64,000 nucleotides of DNA from positions 1 to 64,000 of IMG/VR virus record IMGVR_UViG_3300047554_000536; one strand, 5' to 3'. Under the pieces are notes generated by a model that did no database searches, was not told the DNA's origin, and saw only the letters and a program-made list of their open reading frames with translations. Both the position numbers and the translations under genes were made by a program. The stretch comes from a virus. Positions 20,065-30,889 of the stretch are shown here, piece after piece. Positions within the stretch are counted from its first letter, which is position 1; every line of letters starts with the position of its first letter.

Positions 20065-20361
20065 ATGAGTAGTGTATTCGAACCTATTAGCGATAAGCTA
20101 GTATGCAAACCTGTCGAACAGGATGAAATTAGCTCAGGTGGTATCTTATTGCCTGAAGTGGATGATCAAAAAACATTAAAAGCAGAGGTAGTGGAAGCCG
20201 GTAAAGGTTTCTGGGCAGCTCCTAGTCTGTTTGTGGAAACAACCTGCAAACCTGGAGACATTGTAATCTATCAGCGCTTCGCAGCCCAAGTAATGGAGTA
20301 TGATGGTGTAGACTATCATATCGTACAAGAGCGCGACTTACTAACAAAAATCAAAAAGTAA
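20065..20361 (+). CDS. groES: co-chaperonin GroES
   Basis: EPISDKLVCKP, SSGGILLP, VVEAGKG, KPGDIVIY. Confidence 0.9.
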   Translation: MSSVFEPISDKLVCKPVEQDEISSGGILLPEVDDQKTLKAEVVEAGKGFWAAPSLFVETTCKPGDIVIYQRFAAQVMEYDGVDYHIVQERDLLTKIKK

Positions 20362-20363
20362 AT

Positions 20364-21971
20364 ATGAGCAAGACAAAGGTTTTAAGTTTCAATTCAGAAG
20401 CGCGCGACAAAGTGCGTAGTGGTGTTAATCAGTTATCATCTGCAGTTCAAGCAACACTAGGGCCAAAAGGTCGTAACGTGATGATTGAGCGTGAGCATGG
20501 TGGTCCAGTTATCACAAAGGATGGTGTATCAGTAGCTAAGGAGATTTATCTAAAAGATCCAGTAGAGAATGCAGGTGCACAAGCCTTAAAAGAGGTTTCA
20601 ATGAAAGCAGCTAAGATGGCTGGTGATGGTACAACTACCGCAACCGTATTGGCAGCTTATATGTACAACGAAGGTTTGAAAGCAATCAATGCTGGTCACA
20701 ATCCTATCGAGCTTAAGCGTGGTATGGATAAGGCGTCAGCAGCAGTTATTGATAATCTTCGTGAGATGAGTCGTGACGTAGTCACAAATGAAGAAATCCA
20801 ACAAGTAGCAACAATCTCAGCAAACAACGATTCAACAATCGGAGCAATCATTGCTGAGGCTATGGAAAGTGTTGGTAAGAATGGTGTGATCCAGGTGGAC
20901 GAGTCTAAGACTTCGGAGACTACATTGGAGATTGTTGAGGGTATGCAGATTGAGCGTGGATTTGTTTCACCTTACTTTGCAACAAACAATAACACAATGA
21001 CAACTACATTGGAGAATCCGTACATCTTGATCTACGACCGTAAGATTAGCTCTGTTAAAGACATCTTACCATTGTTGGAGACTTGTAGTAAGCAAAACAA
21101 ACCACTCGTAATTATCGCTGATGATGTTGATGGTGAAGCTTTAGCTGCACTAGTACTTAACAAAGCTCGTGGTATCTTGAATGTAGTAGCAATCAAAGCT
21201 CCAGGATTTGGTGATCGTAAGATTCACAACCTAGAAGACATTGCTATCCTAACTGGTGGTACTGTTGTAGCACAGCAAAAGGCAATGAAGTTGGAGAAAC
21301 TGACAATCGAGATGTTAGGTACGTCACGTACTGTCACAGTTTCTCAAAATGAAACTATCATTGTGGATGGTGCTGGTGATTCAGAGGCTATTAAGGCTCG
21401 TATCGAAGAAATCAAAGCTCAGTATGAAAAAGCTGATAGCGATTACGAGAAACAATTCTTGAAAGAGCGTATGAGTAAATTGATTGGTGGTGTTGCAGTG
21501 TTAAACATTGGAGCAGCAACAGAGATTGAACTCAAAGAAAAGAAAGACCGCGTTGACGATGCATTGCATGCAACACGTGCAGCTGTTGAAGAAGGAATTG
21601 TTCCAGGTGGTGGTATTGCTCTATACAATGCATCACAAATTGATGTCGAGGTTGAGAACGAAGACCAAGAAGTTGGAGTTAAGATTGTTAAGAGAGCATG
21701 CTTTGCACCATTTAAAGCAATCGTAGAGAATGCAGGAAAGAGTGCTGAAGCTTTAGTAGCAAACATTGACAGCGATACTTGGGGTTATGATGCTCGTAAT
21801 GATCGCTTTGTTGATATGTTTGTAGCTGGTATTATCGATCCAACTAAAGTTACACGTACAGCAATCGAATTAGCTACATCAGCAGCTAGTACACTATTAA
21901 CAACTGAGTGTGTTATCAGTTTTGATCCTGAAGAGAAGGATGAGAAAGGGTCCGCACCAGCTTATTACTAA
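20364..21971 (+). CDS. groEL: chaperonin GroEL
   Basis: TLGPKGRNV, ITKDGVSVA, AGDGTTTATVLA, GIVPGGG, GIIDPTKVTR. Confidence 0.97.
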   Translation: MSKTKVLSFNSEARDKVRSGVNQLSSAVQATLGPKGRNVMIEREHGGPVITKDGVSVAKEIYLKDPVENAGAQALKEVSMKAAKMAGDGTTTATVLAAYMYNEGLKAINAGHNPIELKRGMDKASAAVIDNLREMSRDVVTNEEIQQVATISANNDSTIGAIIAEAMESVGKNGVIQVDESKTSETTLEIVEGMQIERGFVSPYFATNNNTMTTTLENPYILIYDRKISSVKDILPLLETCSKQNKPLVIIADDVDGEALAALVLNKARGILNVVAIKAPGFGDRKIHNLEDIAILTGGTVVAQQKAMKLEKLTIEMLGTSRTVTVSQNETIIVDGAGDSEAIKARIEEIKAQYEKADSDYEKQFLKERMSKLIGGVAVLNIGAATEIELKEKKDRVDDALHATRAAVEEGIVPGGGIALYNASQIDVEVENEDQEVGVKIVKRACFAPFKAIVENAGKSAEALVANIDSDTWGYDARNDRFVDMFVAGIIDPTKVTRTAIELATSAASTLLTTECVISFDPEEKDEKGSAPAYY

Positions 21972-21981
21972 TCCGTTAGAT

Positions 21982-22004
21982 GGGGGCTACGGCCCCCTTT
22001 TTTT
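21982..22004 (+). terminator. intrinsic terminator after groEL
   Basis: gggggc-tacg-gccccc followed by 7 T. Confidence 0.85.
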
Positions 22005-22009
22005 GATTT

Positions 22010-22228
22010 ATGCAAAACTTACAACAACAAATAGATTTTTCTCAAGCAGATACATACACATGCGAAGAGTGTGGTAATGAGAAGTTCGTAGTGAATTACC
22101 TTATTAAGAGGTTTTCACCAATCGTATCGCCAACCGGACAGGAGATGTTAACTCCAGTACAAGCATTTGCTTGTGCTAAGTGCGGTCACATTAATAAAGA
22201 CTTCTTGCCAGAAAACGATACACTCTAG
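22010..22228 (+). CDS. zinc-ribbon protein
   Basis: CEECG...CAKCGH. Confidence 0.7.
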   Translation: MQNLQQQIDFSQADTYTCEECGNEKFVVNYLIKRFSPIVSPTGQEMLTPVQAFACAKCGHINKDFLPENDTL

Positions 22229-22263
22229 TTGCTAGATTAAAATTAATTTAGTATCTTTATTGT

Positions 22264-23145
22264 ATGGCAAAGAAGACAGTTTCATATTCACAATTCTCTT
22301 TATACGCGAATTGTCCTAGAAGATGGAAACTTGATTATATCGACGGTCTTAGAAAGTATGAGCAAACCATTAACACTTGTTTTGGTACTGCCTTTCACAA
22401 AACCGTCCAAGATTATTTACAAGTTTTATACTTCAAGTCAGTCAAAGAGGCTGACTCAATAGATTTAGAGGAAGCGCTTAAGCAAGCGTTATTCGAAGAG
22501 TATAAAGAGTCACTCACCAAGAATGGTGGAGTGCATTATTCAACACCGCAAGAGCTAGCTCAGTTCTATATGGAGGGTGCAGCTATTCTCAAGTATTTTC
22601 AACGACATCGTAGAGTGTACTTTAGTACTAAGAATACGGAGTTAGTTGGTATTGAGATTCCGCTAAACCAAGCCTTGATCAATAACATCGAGTTCAATGG
22701 ATTCATTGATATTGTTATTAAAGAGACTACCACAGGACGATACAAGATAATCGACTTGAAGACTAGTAATCAAGGATGGAACAAGTATCAGAAAGCTGAT
22801 CAAACAAAGACAGCTCAGCTGATCCTATATAAGGAGTTCTATGCAAAGCAGTTGGGTATTGATCCTGAGTTGATTGATGTAGAGTACCTAATTGTACGTC
22901 GAAACATCAATGAGAATAGCGACTTCCCAATGAAGCGTATTCAGACATTTGTTCCAGCTAGTGGTAAACCTACAAGAAATAAGATTGGTAAGATGTTTAT
23001 TGATTTTGTGCAGAGTGCGTTCACTGAGGATGGAACCTACAACACGGAAGGTCAGTATCCAGCAATCGCATGCTCAGCTTGTAAGTATTGTCCATATGCG
23101 AGTGAGGAGGTTTTATGTCCTAAAAAGGAGAGACTTAAATCATGA
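22264..23145 (+). CDS. PD-(D/E)xK exonuclease (RecB/Cas4-like)
   Basis: SYSQ..CPRRW, FGTAFH, GFIDIV, IIDLKTS, QLILY, CKYCPY. Confidence 0.85.
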   Translation: MAKKTVSYSQFSLYANCPRRWKLDYIDGLRKYEQTINTCFGTAFHKTVQDYLQVLYFKSVKEADSIDLEEALKQALFEEYKESLTKNGGVHYSTPQELAQFYMEGAAILKYFQRHRRVYFSTKNTELVGIEIPLNQALINNIEFNGFIDIVIKETTTGRYKIIDLKTSNQGWNKYQKADQTKTAQLILYKEFYAKQLGIDPELIDVEYLIVRRNINENSDFPMKRIQTFVPASGKPTRNKIGKMFIDFVQSAFTEDGTYNTEGQYPAIACSACKYCPYASEEVLCPKKERLKS

Positions 23146-23615
23146 GTACGTTGCTAGATGTTTCAATGCAGCGAATCAATACATTGAATACTAAATTGAT
23201 TCCATCAGCAACGAGAGTGTTTGAGCGCTGCCATAAAGAAAAGATCCCAGTCTATGTTGTTTGGGGTAGTCGTACTGTAGAACAGCAAGATGTGTTGTTC
23301 CGGTTAGGACGAACTGCTCCGGGACCGCTTCAAACAACAAAGAGGGGTGGCTTTAGCGCTCACAATTATGGACTAGCTTTGGACTTTTGTCTACTATTCG
23401 ATGGTGCGATAATGAGTTGGGAAGATTGTTATCCAAGAGACTATTGGCGCAACAAGTGGTTAAAGGTGGTAAGGTACTTTGAGGAAGAAGGTTGGGAATC
23501 AGGATGGCGCTGGCCAAGTTTTGAGCCAGGTCACGTACAAAATTTATTAGGATATTCAGTTCTAGATTTATATGAGCAAGCTAGTAATAGGAATTACGGG
23601 AACAAAGACGTTTGA
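23142..23615 (+). CDS. M15-family (L-Ala-D-Glu) peptidase, endolysin-like
   Basis: RTVEQQDVLF..GRT, SAHNYGLALD, GWESGWRW..FEPGHVQ. Confidence 0.8.
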   Translation: MSTLLDVSMQRINTLNTKLIPSATRVFERCHKEKIPVYVVWGSRTVEQQDVLFRLGRTAPGPLQTTKRGGFSAHNYGLALDFCLLFDGAIMSWEDCYPRDYWRNKWLKVVRYFEEEGWESGWRWPSFEPGHVQNLLGYSVLDLYEQASNRNYGNKDV

Positions 23616-23991
23616 GAATAAATCAATGATCAAGACGTTTATACACAAACTGAAAGAGCACATTGCACCAGAAGATGAGCTTGTTATTGTTGGTTTGGGA
23701 GACTTGAATGGAGCAGATAAGTATGTTAAGAAGTATGCTTTGGAGTTGGGTTATACCTATCGTGAGATGAACGCACCACATACTAATAAGAATCTGTATA
23801 GTCTAATGTCAGAGGGTTATTATGCACAGCCGTATAGTCATAAGAATATGTTTTTACGTAACACTATCTTTTGTCAGTATGTGAATAAGTGTGTAGTGTT
23901 TGATGACTCAAATACCACAGATAAGAAGGTTGTTAACCTAATTAAACAGCTTACTAAGGCTAGAAAAAAGGCGATCATTCTAACTCCGTGA
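23572..23991 (+). CDS. SLOG/YspA-like (DUF2493-like) protein
   Basis: IGITGTKTF, GADKYVKKYA, FLRNTIF. Confidence 0.55.
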   Translation: MSKLVIGITGTKTFENKSMIKTFIHKLKEHIAPEDELVIVGLGDLNGADKYVKKYALELGYTYREMNAPHTNKNLYSLMSEGYYAQPYSHKNMFLRNTIFCQYVNKCVVFDDSNTTDKKVVNLIKQLTKARKKAIILTP

Positions 23992-24003
23992 TATTTATAT
24001 CAA

Positions 24004-24414
24004 ATGACCGATCCAGAATTAAACATATTACGCGAGTGCCTTGGTGACCTAACCATGTACATGGGAGGTAACGGTGTATCCGTTGATCCAGCGCCTAGAG
24101 TAATCTTGAACAAGCAACCACAAGACATTGAGCAACCGATGTTTAATCCTACAGCTCACTACAGTCCGGTAGATAAGTCGATCACACTATACACTCACGG
24201 AAGACACATCAAAGACATCTTACGCAGCTTTGCTCATGAGATGATCCACCACGACCAGAACATGAATGGTCTATTGAAGATGGAATTAGTGGGTGATGCT
24301 AGTGATCCTAAGTACGCTCAGAATAATGATCATCTTAGAAAGCTTGAAGAAGATGCTTACCTACGTGGTAACATGATGTTCAGGGATTGGGCTGACAATA
24401 GAAAATATAAGTAA
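24004..24414 (+). CDS. HExxH zincin-like protein
   Basis: DILRSFAHEMIHHDQ...LEEDAY. Confidence 0.6.
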   Translation: MTDPELNILRECLGDLTMYMGGNGVSVDPAPRVILNKQPQDIEQPMFNPTAHYSPVDKSITLYTHGRHIKDILRSFAHEMIHHDQNMNGLLKMELVGDASDPKYAQNNDHLRKLEEDAYLRGNMMFRDWADNRKYK

Positions 24415-24842
24415 TGAAACTTAGAAAACTACTAGAAAACATCGCAGGTTATCCTCAGCAACAACAGCATGATGACCATGAAGCGTCAATGGCGCTTACA
24501 GATTTACGATCAATTGCTCAGAGAGCTCAGGAGTTAGCTGATCATCTTGAAAAAGAGGGTGTCACACAGCTAGAAGGCTGGGTACAATCTAAGATCACTA
24601 AGTCAGCTGATTACATTAACGCTGTATACGATGAGCATATGTTTGGTGGTCAGCATCAAGGATGTGCTGATTGTGGTCACGAGAGAGAGGAAGAAGATGA
24701 TGAGGAGGATTTAGATGAATCAAAACCTAACCCAAACAGCACTTGCTGTGGTCGTTGTGGACGATTCCATGTGAAAGGAACTCCTTGCCGTAAGCCATTC
24801 CTAACTGGGGATAAGCATTGCAGCAGAAGACCAAGAAAATAG
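24414..24842 (+). CDS. hypothetical phage protein with C-terminal Cys/His cluster
   Basis: LEGWVQSKITKSADY motif; CCGRCGRFH..GTPC. Confidence 0.6.
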   Translation: MKLRKLLENIAGYPQQQQHDDHEASMALTDLRSIAQRAQELADHLEKEGVTQLEGWVQSKITKSADYINAVYDEHMFGGQHQGCADCGHEREEEDDEEDLDESKPNPNSTCCGRCGRFHVKGTPCRKPFLTGDKHCSRRPRK

Positions 24843-24904
24843 TTACAATAAATGTGGGATAGCTCCCAAAAAAGTTTTATATTAAAGTTATATCTAAAAA
24901 CAAC

Positions 24905-26395
24905 ATGAGAGAAGGTTACATTCCAAAAGCGGATCGCAAAACGATTCTATTTCTTGCCGATGATATGCGTTTGCCTAGCGGTATCGGTACAATGACACGA
25001 GAATTAATTTTAGGCAATGCACATCGCTATAACTTCGTCCACATTGGTGGAGCAGTTCAACATCCAGAAGCTGGCCAGATCATGGACCTCAGTGAGGAGA
25101 TTAGCAAAAACTTTGATATTGAAGATCCGAGTGTATTAATCTATCCAACAAACGGGTATGGTGATCCAGACCTAGTACGATTGATTATTGAGCGTCATAG
25201 TGTAGATGCTATTGTGCATTTCACAGACCCACGCTATTGGATTTGGTTGTATCGTATGTCAGCAGAATTGAGACAGCGAGTTCCAATCTTCTATTATCAT
25301 ATCTGGGATGATCTTCCAGCTCCACACTACAACCGTCCTTATTATGAGTCTTGCGACTTGTTGATGGGGATCAGTAAGCAGTCCGATAATATCGCTAAGT
25401 TGGTATTGGGTGAGGGTAATTATATTGACTTAGATGCTAATCCGGCTAATGAGTTGATTGCTAAGGCACTACCAAAAACTTCATATGTTCCTCACGGAAT
25501 TAATCACGAAGTGTTCTTTCCAATTGATAGAGAGGATGAGCGTGTAGTGGAGATGCGTAAAAAGATGTTCGGTGAGGATAATCCTGACTATGTGGTATTC
25601 TACAACAACCGAAACATCCGTCGTAAGATGACATCAGATGCTATTTTAGCTTTCAAGATGTTCTACGATAAAATAACTGAGTCAGGCTATAGAGATGATG
25701 TACGTTTTGTACTACACACCCAACCTATTGACGAAAATGGTACAGACTTACCTGCAGTAATTGATGCTATCTGTCCAGAGTTGGTTGATAAGATTTTAAT
25801 TACAGATGCACGACTATCACCAGAAGACATGAATGTATTGTATAATTGCTGTGATACAGTAATCAACATTGCATCTAATGAAGGATGGGGATTAAGTAGT
25901 ACTGAGGCATTGATGACAGGTCGTACATTAATCAACAACGTGACCGGTGGTCTGCAGGATCAGTGTCGCTTTGAGGATCAAGATGGTAACTGGATTAAGT
26001 TTGATGAGAACTTTGCTAGTAATCATGGAGGTAAATATACTAAGTGTGGTATTTGGGTGAAACCAGTATTCCCAGCAGCAATCAACTTGCAAGGATCGAT
26101 TCCTACTCCATATATCTTTGACGATAGGTGTGATATTCGAGATGTAGCAGAAGCCATGATGTATTGGTTCTCAATGTCTCCAGCTGATCGTAAGAAGTGT
26201 GGTGACGCCGGTCGTGAATGGGCTACTAATCCTGAATCAGGTTTTACAGCTGAAAGGATGTCTAATAAGTTTGCTGAGTGTGTTAACACCGTACTAGAAA
26301 ACTGGACACCACCAAAGCGCTTTACTATATACAACGTAAAGAATCAAGTCAATAAACACAACAATAAGAAATCAGGAATCAGCATTAAGCTATAA
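24905..26395 (+). CDS. glycosyltransferase (GT4-like)
   Basis: YVPHGI, NNRNIRRK, SNEGWGLSSTEA. Confidence 0.85.
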   Translation: MREGYIPKADRKTILFLADDMRLPSGIGTMTRELILGNAHRYNFVHIGGAVQHPEAGQIMDLSEEISKNFDIEDPSVLIYPTNGYGDPDLVRLIIERHSVDAIVHFTDPRYWIWLYRMSAELRQRVPIFYYHIWDDLPAPHYNRPYYESCDLLMGISKQSDNIAKLVLGEGNYIDLDANPANELIAKALPKTSYVPHGINHEVFFPIDREDERVVEMRKKMFGEDNPDYVVFYNNRNIRRKMTSDAILAFKMFYDKITESGYRDDVRFVLHTQPIDENGTDLPAVIDAICPELVDKILITDARLSPEDMNVLYNCCDTVINIASNEGWGLSSTEALMTGRTLINNVTGGLQDQCRFEDQDGNWIKFDENFASNHGGKYTKCGIWVKPVFPAAINLQGSIPTPYIFDDRCDIRDVAEAMMYWFSMSPADRKKCGDAGREWATNPESGFTAERMSNKFAECVNTVLENWTPPKRFTIYNVKNQVNKHNNKKSGISIKL

Positions 26396-26398
26396 GTT

Positions 26399-27703
26399 AT
26401 GAATAAGCCAGTTTTACTATTAATGGCACCAGTTGCCACACTATCAGGTTACGGAGCACGATCACGAGACATTGCATACTCAATCATTAAGTCAGATAAG
26501 TATGATGTTAAGATTTGGAATACCCGTTGGGGAGGAACTCCTATGAATGCTCTAGATCCGAATAACGAAAAACATCAAGCAATCCTAAGCTGTCTTTTAA
26601 CAGAGCCACAGCTAGCAAATCAACCTGATGTATTTATTCAAATCACAGTACCAAATGAGTTTCAGCGTTTAGGTAAGTATAATATCGGTATCACAGCTGG
26701 TATTGAAACAACTATTGCAGCAGCTCCTTGGATTGAGGGTTGTAATAGAATGGATTTAGTACTTACGTCATCTGAGCACTCTAAGAAGGTACTAGAAGAG
26801 TCTGTATGGATGCGTCACAATCAACAAACAAAACAACCAGAGGGTGAGTTAAAACTAACAACACCAATTGAAGTGTTGATTGAAGGTGTTGATTTAGACA
26901 TCTACAACAGCACCAATAAAATCAACAAGACTGTAGATGATCAGTTGAAAGAGGTAAAGGAAGATTCTGCATTTTTGTTTGTAGGACACTGGTTGCAGGG
27001 AGATTTTGGTGAAGATCGTAAAAACGTATCAGGCTTAATCAGAGTTTTCTTGGAAGCATTTAAAAATAAGATGCCAAAAAACCAACCAGCACTAATCTTG
27101 AAGACATCGTCTGCCGACTTTAGTCCACTTGATCGTGATGAGATTTGTAACAAGATCAATCAAATCATCAAATCGGTTAAGTCTAGTAACGTACCTAACG
27201 TGTATTTGATACATGGTGATTTGACTGATGAGGAGATGAACTCCCTATACAACCACCCTAAGGTAAAGGCACACATTACGTTTACTAAGGGTGAAGGTTT
27301 TGGTAGACCATTAGCTGAAGCTAGTTTATCACTAAAACCAGTCATTGCACCTAACTGGTCTGGTCATATTGACTTCTTGAAAGAAGCGGTATTACTTCCT
27401 GGTCAGCTAACAAATGTACATCCATCGGCTGCTTGGCAAGACGTAATCTTACAAGAGTCTCAATGGTTTACTGTGGATTATGGTTATGCCGTGAATGTTA
27501 TGCGTGATGTATTTGAAAACCCTAAAAACTATAAAGACGGGTCCAAGAAGCAAGCATACTTTACAAAAACCAACTTTAGCTTAGCCAATATGGATAAGCA
27601 ACTTAGCGATCTTATGGAGAAGTACGTTAAGTTTACACCTAGCAATACACCAATTCTAAAAAAGATTGAATTACCAAAACTTAAAAAAGTAGAAAATGAA
27701 TAA
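26399..27703 (+). CDS. glycosyltransferase (GT4-like)
   Basis: SGYGARSR, FLFVGHW, RKNV, KGEGFGRPLAEA. Confidence 0.85.
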   Translation: MNKPVLLLMAPVATLSGYGARSRDIAYSIIKSDKYDVKIWNTRWGGTPMNALDPNNEKHQAILSCLLTEPQLANQPDVFIQITVPNEFQRLGKYNIGITAGIETTIAAAPWIEGCNRMDLVLTSSEHSKKVLEESVWMRHNQQTKQPEGELKLTTPIEVLIEGVDLDIYNSTNKINKTVDDQLKEVKEDSAFLFVGHWLQGDFGEDRKNVSGLIRVFLEAFKNKMPKNQPALILKTSSADFSPLDRDEICNKINQIIKSVKSSNVPNVYLIHGDLTDEEMNSLYNHPKVKAHITFTKGEGFGRPLAEASLSLKPVIAPNWSGHIDFLKEAVLLPGQLTNVHPSAAWQDVILQESQWFTVDYGYAVNVMRDVFENPKNYKDGSKKQAYFTKTNFSLANMDKQLSDLMEKYVKFTPSNTPILKKIELPKLKKVENE

Positions 27704-27929
27704 TCAACACATCAGGTACAACCTAATTACGCACTCAGCGTATTCGCACACCTTCCTTATCCAGGAACTCACATCACGTAACATAGAGTTTCGTTTTGAA
27801 AAGCTTGAAAATGAAGAATCTTATAGCCGCTTTGAGGTTTATAGTGACTCAGAAGCTTACAAATTGTTGAGAGAGATTGTAGAACTTAATAACGGAACAT
27901 CAATAACTTTGCAATATGGAGCCTATTAA
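27696..27929 (+). CDS. hypothetical protein
   Basis: Overlap-coupled ORF. Confidence 0.55.
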   Translation: MNNQHIRYNLITHSAYSHTFLIQELTSRNIEFRFEKLENEESYSRFEVYSDSEAYKLLREIVELNNGTSITLQYGAY

Positions 27930-28386
27930 AGTGGAATGCCCACACTGTGGGTCGCATGAATGTTTTACGGAGGTAGAGCAACTATCTGATGGAACAGTGG
28001 TTGACAGCTCTATGTGTTTAGAGTGTGGTTATACCACAACTACCTTGAATGTTGAAGGATCTGCAGTTGTTCAGCAAATCGAAGAGAGTACTGCTGAATT
28101 AATCAAAGACTTGCGTTGGGTAGATACAAAAACTAATTTGGTGTGGTATCCAATTGTACTCAACTTTCCATCATTCGGTATCATCTTTCCTGATGGGACT
28201 AGTAAAGATAGTTGGGGTTGGAGAGCAGCACCTGCTGTAGAGATTTCGGCTGAGGATCGAGAGAAGTACCCAATCCCAGGTCAACCAGGAGAGTTTTATA
28301 CTAAGAGAGTTGATATGGGTCAGGGGCAGTTATTTGCATCCGAAGACTTTTACACAGCTTGTAAATTTTTAGGATTTATACAATAA
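27916..28386 (+). CDS. zinc-ribbon hypothetical protein
   Basis: CPHCG...CLECGY. Confidence 0.65.
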   Translation: MEPIKVECPHCGSHECFTEVEQLSDGTVVDSSMCLECGYTTTTLNVEGSAVVQQIEESTAELIKDLRWVDTKTNLVWYPIVLNFPSFGIIFPDGTSKDSWGWRAAPAVEISAEDREKYPIPGQPGEFYTKRVDMGQGQLFASEDFYTACKFLGFIQ

Positions 28387-28387
28387 T

Positions 28388-29020
28388 ATGAAGATAAGTT
28401 ACGCTATTACGGTTTGCAATGAGTTCGTTGAAATTCAACGACTCATTACATTCTTATTAAAAAATAAAAGACCACAAGATGAGATAGTAGTATTGGTCGA
28501 TATGACTAAGAACGAACCAACATCGGAGTTGCTAGGTTACTTACATAGACTGAGTAGCAGTAACTATATCACTCTTTCGGAGCATAATTTCAATAACCAC
28601 TTTGCTGATTGGAAGAACTTGCTTACAAAATCGTGCAAGGGAGATTACATCTTTCAAATTGATGCAGATGAAATACCTAATGAGTTGTTGATTAGTCATC
28701 TTCCTGATGTATTAGAGCTTAATCCAGATAATGAAGTGTATTTAGTGCCTCGTGCCAATACTGTAGAAGGGTTAACTCAAGAGCACATCAATAAGTGGGG
28801 TTGGCATGTAATGGCTAATGGACATATAAACTGGCCAGACTATCAATGGAGGATTTGGAAAAACAAACCTGAGATCAAATGGGTCAATAAAGTCCATGAA
28901 AAGCTTGAAGGATTTAAGACATACGCAATGCTCCCAGCCGATACACAAGCTTTCTGCTTATATCACCCAAAGACAATCGAGAAACAAGAGAAGCAAAACG
29001 CCTACTACGATACACTATGA
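28388..29020 (+). CDS. glycosyltransferase family 2
   Basis: ISYAITVCNE, YIFQIDADE, WPDYQWRI, VHEKL. Confidence 0.85.
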   Translation: MKISYAITVCNEFVEIQRLITFLLKNKRPQDEIVVLVDMTKNEPTSELLGYLHRLSSSNYITLSEHNFNNHFADWKNLLTKSCKGDYIFQIDADEIPNELLISHLPDVLELNPDNEVYLVPRANTVEGLTQEHINKWGWHVMANGHINWPDYQWRIWKNKPEIKWVNKVHEKLEGFKTYAMLPADTQAFCLYHPKTIEKQEKQNAYYDTL

Positions 29021-29985
29021 AGAAAGCTCTTATCACAGGAATAAATGGACAGGATGGTTCTTACCTATCTGAATTTTTATTGGGTAAGGGTTATGAGGTG
29101 TGGGGAACATTAAAACGAAATTCGGTAGCTGAGAACCAAACGTCAAGATTAGGGGAGTCCTATAATAACGTAAAACTAGTGTATGCTGATTTAACAGATT
29201 TAGCATCACTGATAAAGGTACTATCGACTGTCCAGCCTGACGAGGTATACAACCTTGCAGCACAATCGCATGTTAGAATTAGCTTCGATCAACCTTTGTA
29301 CACAGCAAACGCTACTGGCATTGGTGCTCTTAATGTACTAGAGGCTGTTAGATTAGTATCACCACACTCTAAGGTATATCAAGCGAGTAGTTCGGAAATG
29401 TTTGGTAATACAATAGATGCTGATGGGTATCAAAGAGAGACTACTCCTATGAACCCAGTATCACCTTATGGATGCGCAAAAGTGTTTGCCTATAACATAA
29501 GCCGAAACTACAGACACTCCTACAATATGTTTGTCTCCAATGGCATATTGTTTAATCATGAATCACCAAGAAGAGGAACAAACTTCGTAACCAATAAAGT
29601 GGTTAAAGAAGCTGTTAAGATTAAGCTAGGTTTATCTAGTGAGTTACGATTGGGTAATCTTAGTGCAACTCGAGATTGGGGACATGCAGAGGATTATGTC
29701 AAAGCAATGTGGATGATTCTGCAGATAGAACAGCCAGATGATTTTGTGTGTTCGACCGGAGTATCTCATTCAGTTCAAGATTTGTGTGAGTATGTGTTTG
29801 ATTATCTCGATCTCAATTGGAGGGAGTATGTGAAAGCTGATGCTAAATTCTTTAGACCTGAGGAGTTGCATAATCTCAAAGGAGATTCTACCAAACTGCG
29901 TAACGCAACTGGTTGGGTTCCTGAGCATACCTTCGAAACAATGTTAGATGAAATGATTCAATATTGGTTAAACTATTACAAATAA
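29017..29985 (+). CDS. gmd: GDP-mannose 4,6-dehydratase
   Basis: ITGINGQDGSYL, NLAAQSHV, QASSSEMFG, SPYGCAK, NHESPRRG, RDWGHA. Confidence 0.95.
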   Translation: MKKALITGINGQDGSYLSEFLLGKGYEVWGTLKRNSVAENQTSRLGESYNNVKLVYADLTDLASLIKVLSTVQPDEVYNLAAQSHVRISFDQPLYTANATGIGALNVLEAVRLVSPHSKVYQASSSEMFGNTIDADGYQRETTPMNPVSPYGCAKVFAYNISRNYRHSYNMFVSNGILFNHESPRRGTNFVTNKVVKEAVKIKLGLSSELRLGNLSATRDWGHAEDYVKAMWMILQIEQPDDFVCSTGVSHSVQDLCEYVFDYLDLNWREYVKADAKFFRPEELHNLKGDSTKLRNATGWVPEHTFETMLDEMIQYWLNYYK

Positions 29986-30885
29986 ATGAATATATTGGTT
30001 ACGGGAGGTTCAAGTACAGTAGGAAAGCATCTCAAACAAATACTACCACAAGCCACTTTTTTAAGTAGCGCTGATTGTGATTTGACCGATTACAATCAAA
30101 CTCGAGACTATTTTCAGAGCAGCAAACCTGATGTAGTGATACATCTTGCAGCTTTGGTGGGTGGAATTGTTGACAACATACAACGTCCAGTGGACTATCT
30201 ACAGCAAAACCTGCTTATCAATACAAACACAATAAGGGCTAGCTATGAGTGTGGTACTAGAAAGCTAATCGCTCTATCTAGCACCTGCACATACCCAGAT
30301 CAAGTAAACTCCTACCCAATGAAGGAGGAAGATATGTTTGCTGGTCCACCTACACCAACAAACTTTGAGTATGCATATGCAAAGAGGTGTATGGTTGCGT
30401 TGATTGAAGCGTACAATAAACAATATGGAATGCAATATTGTTACATCACACCATCCAATTTATACAGTGAGTTAGATACACATAAAGGTGGAAGAGCTCA
30501 CTACGTAGCTTCTCTTTTAGATAAGATTATTGAGCAGGATAGCTTAGGTGGTAACAGCATTAAGCTACTCGGCACAGGAAGTCCGTTAAGACAATTTACT
30601 CATGCTGGTGATATTGCTCTAGTGATTAAGACAATGATTGACAATAATGTATGGGTATCTTTTAATGTATCTAATCCAGAAAACTACAGCATTCATGAAC
30701 TAGCACGAATAACTTTAGACGTAAATGGTAAGTCCGATTGGACGATAGATTACTCACAACCTCACATGAATGGTCAAGCTAGAAAGGACGTCAGCATTGA
30801 TAAGTTTTTACAATACTTTCCAGAATTTGTGTTTACAAAATTTGCTGATGGGATAAAAAAAGTGTATATTGATAAAACAAAATAA
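29986..30885 (+). CDS. fcl: GDP-L-fucose synthase
   Basis: HLAALVGGI, SSTCTYP, YAYAKR, GTGSPLRQF. Confidence 0.85.
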   Translation: MNILVTGGSSTVGKHLKQILPQATFLSSADCDLTDYNQTRDYFQSSKPDVVIHLAALVGGIVDNIQRPVDYLQQNLLINTNTIRASYECGTRKLIALSSTCTYPDQVNSYPMKEEDMFAGPPTPTNFEYAYAKRCMVALIEAYNKQYGMQYCYITPSNLYSELDTHKGGRAHYVASLLDKIIEQDSLGGNSIKLLGTGSPLRQFTHAGDIALVIKTMIDNNVWVSFNVSNPENYSIHELARITLDVNGKSDWTIDYSQPHMNGQARKDVSIDKFLQYFPEFVFTKFADGIKKVYIDKTK

Positions 30886-30889
30886 AGTT

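Noticed and set aside
22264-23145. CRISPR-Cas system suggested by the Cas4-like nuclease
   Set aside because: No repeat-spacer array or other cas genes seen; solo Cas4/RecB-like nucleases are common in phages.
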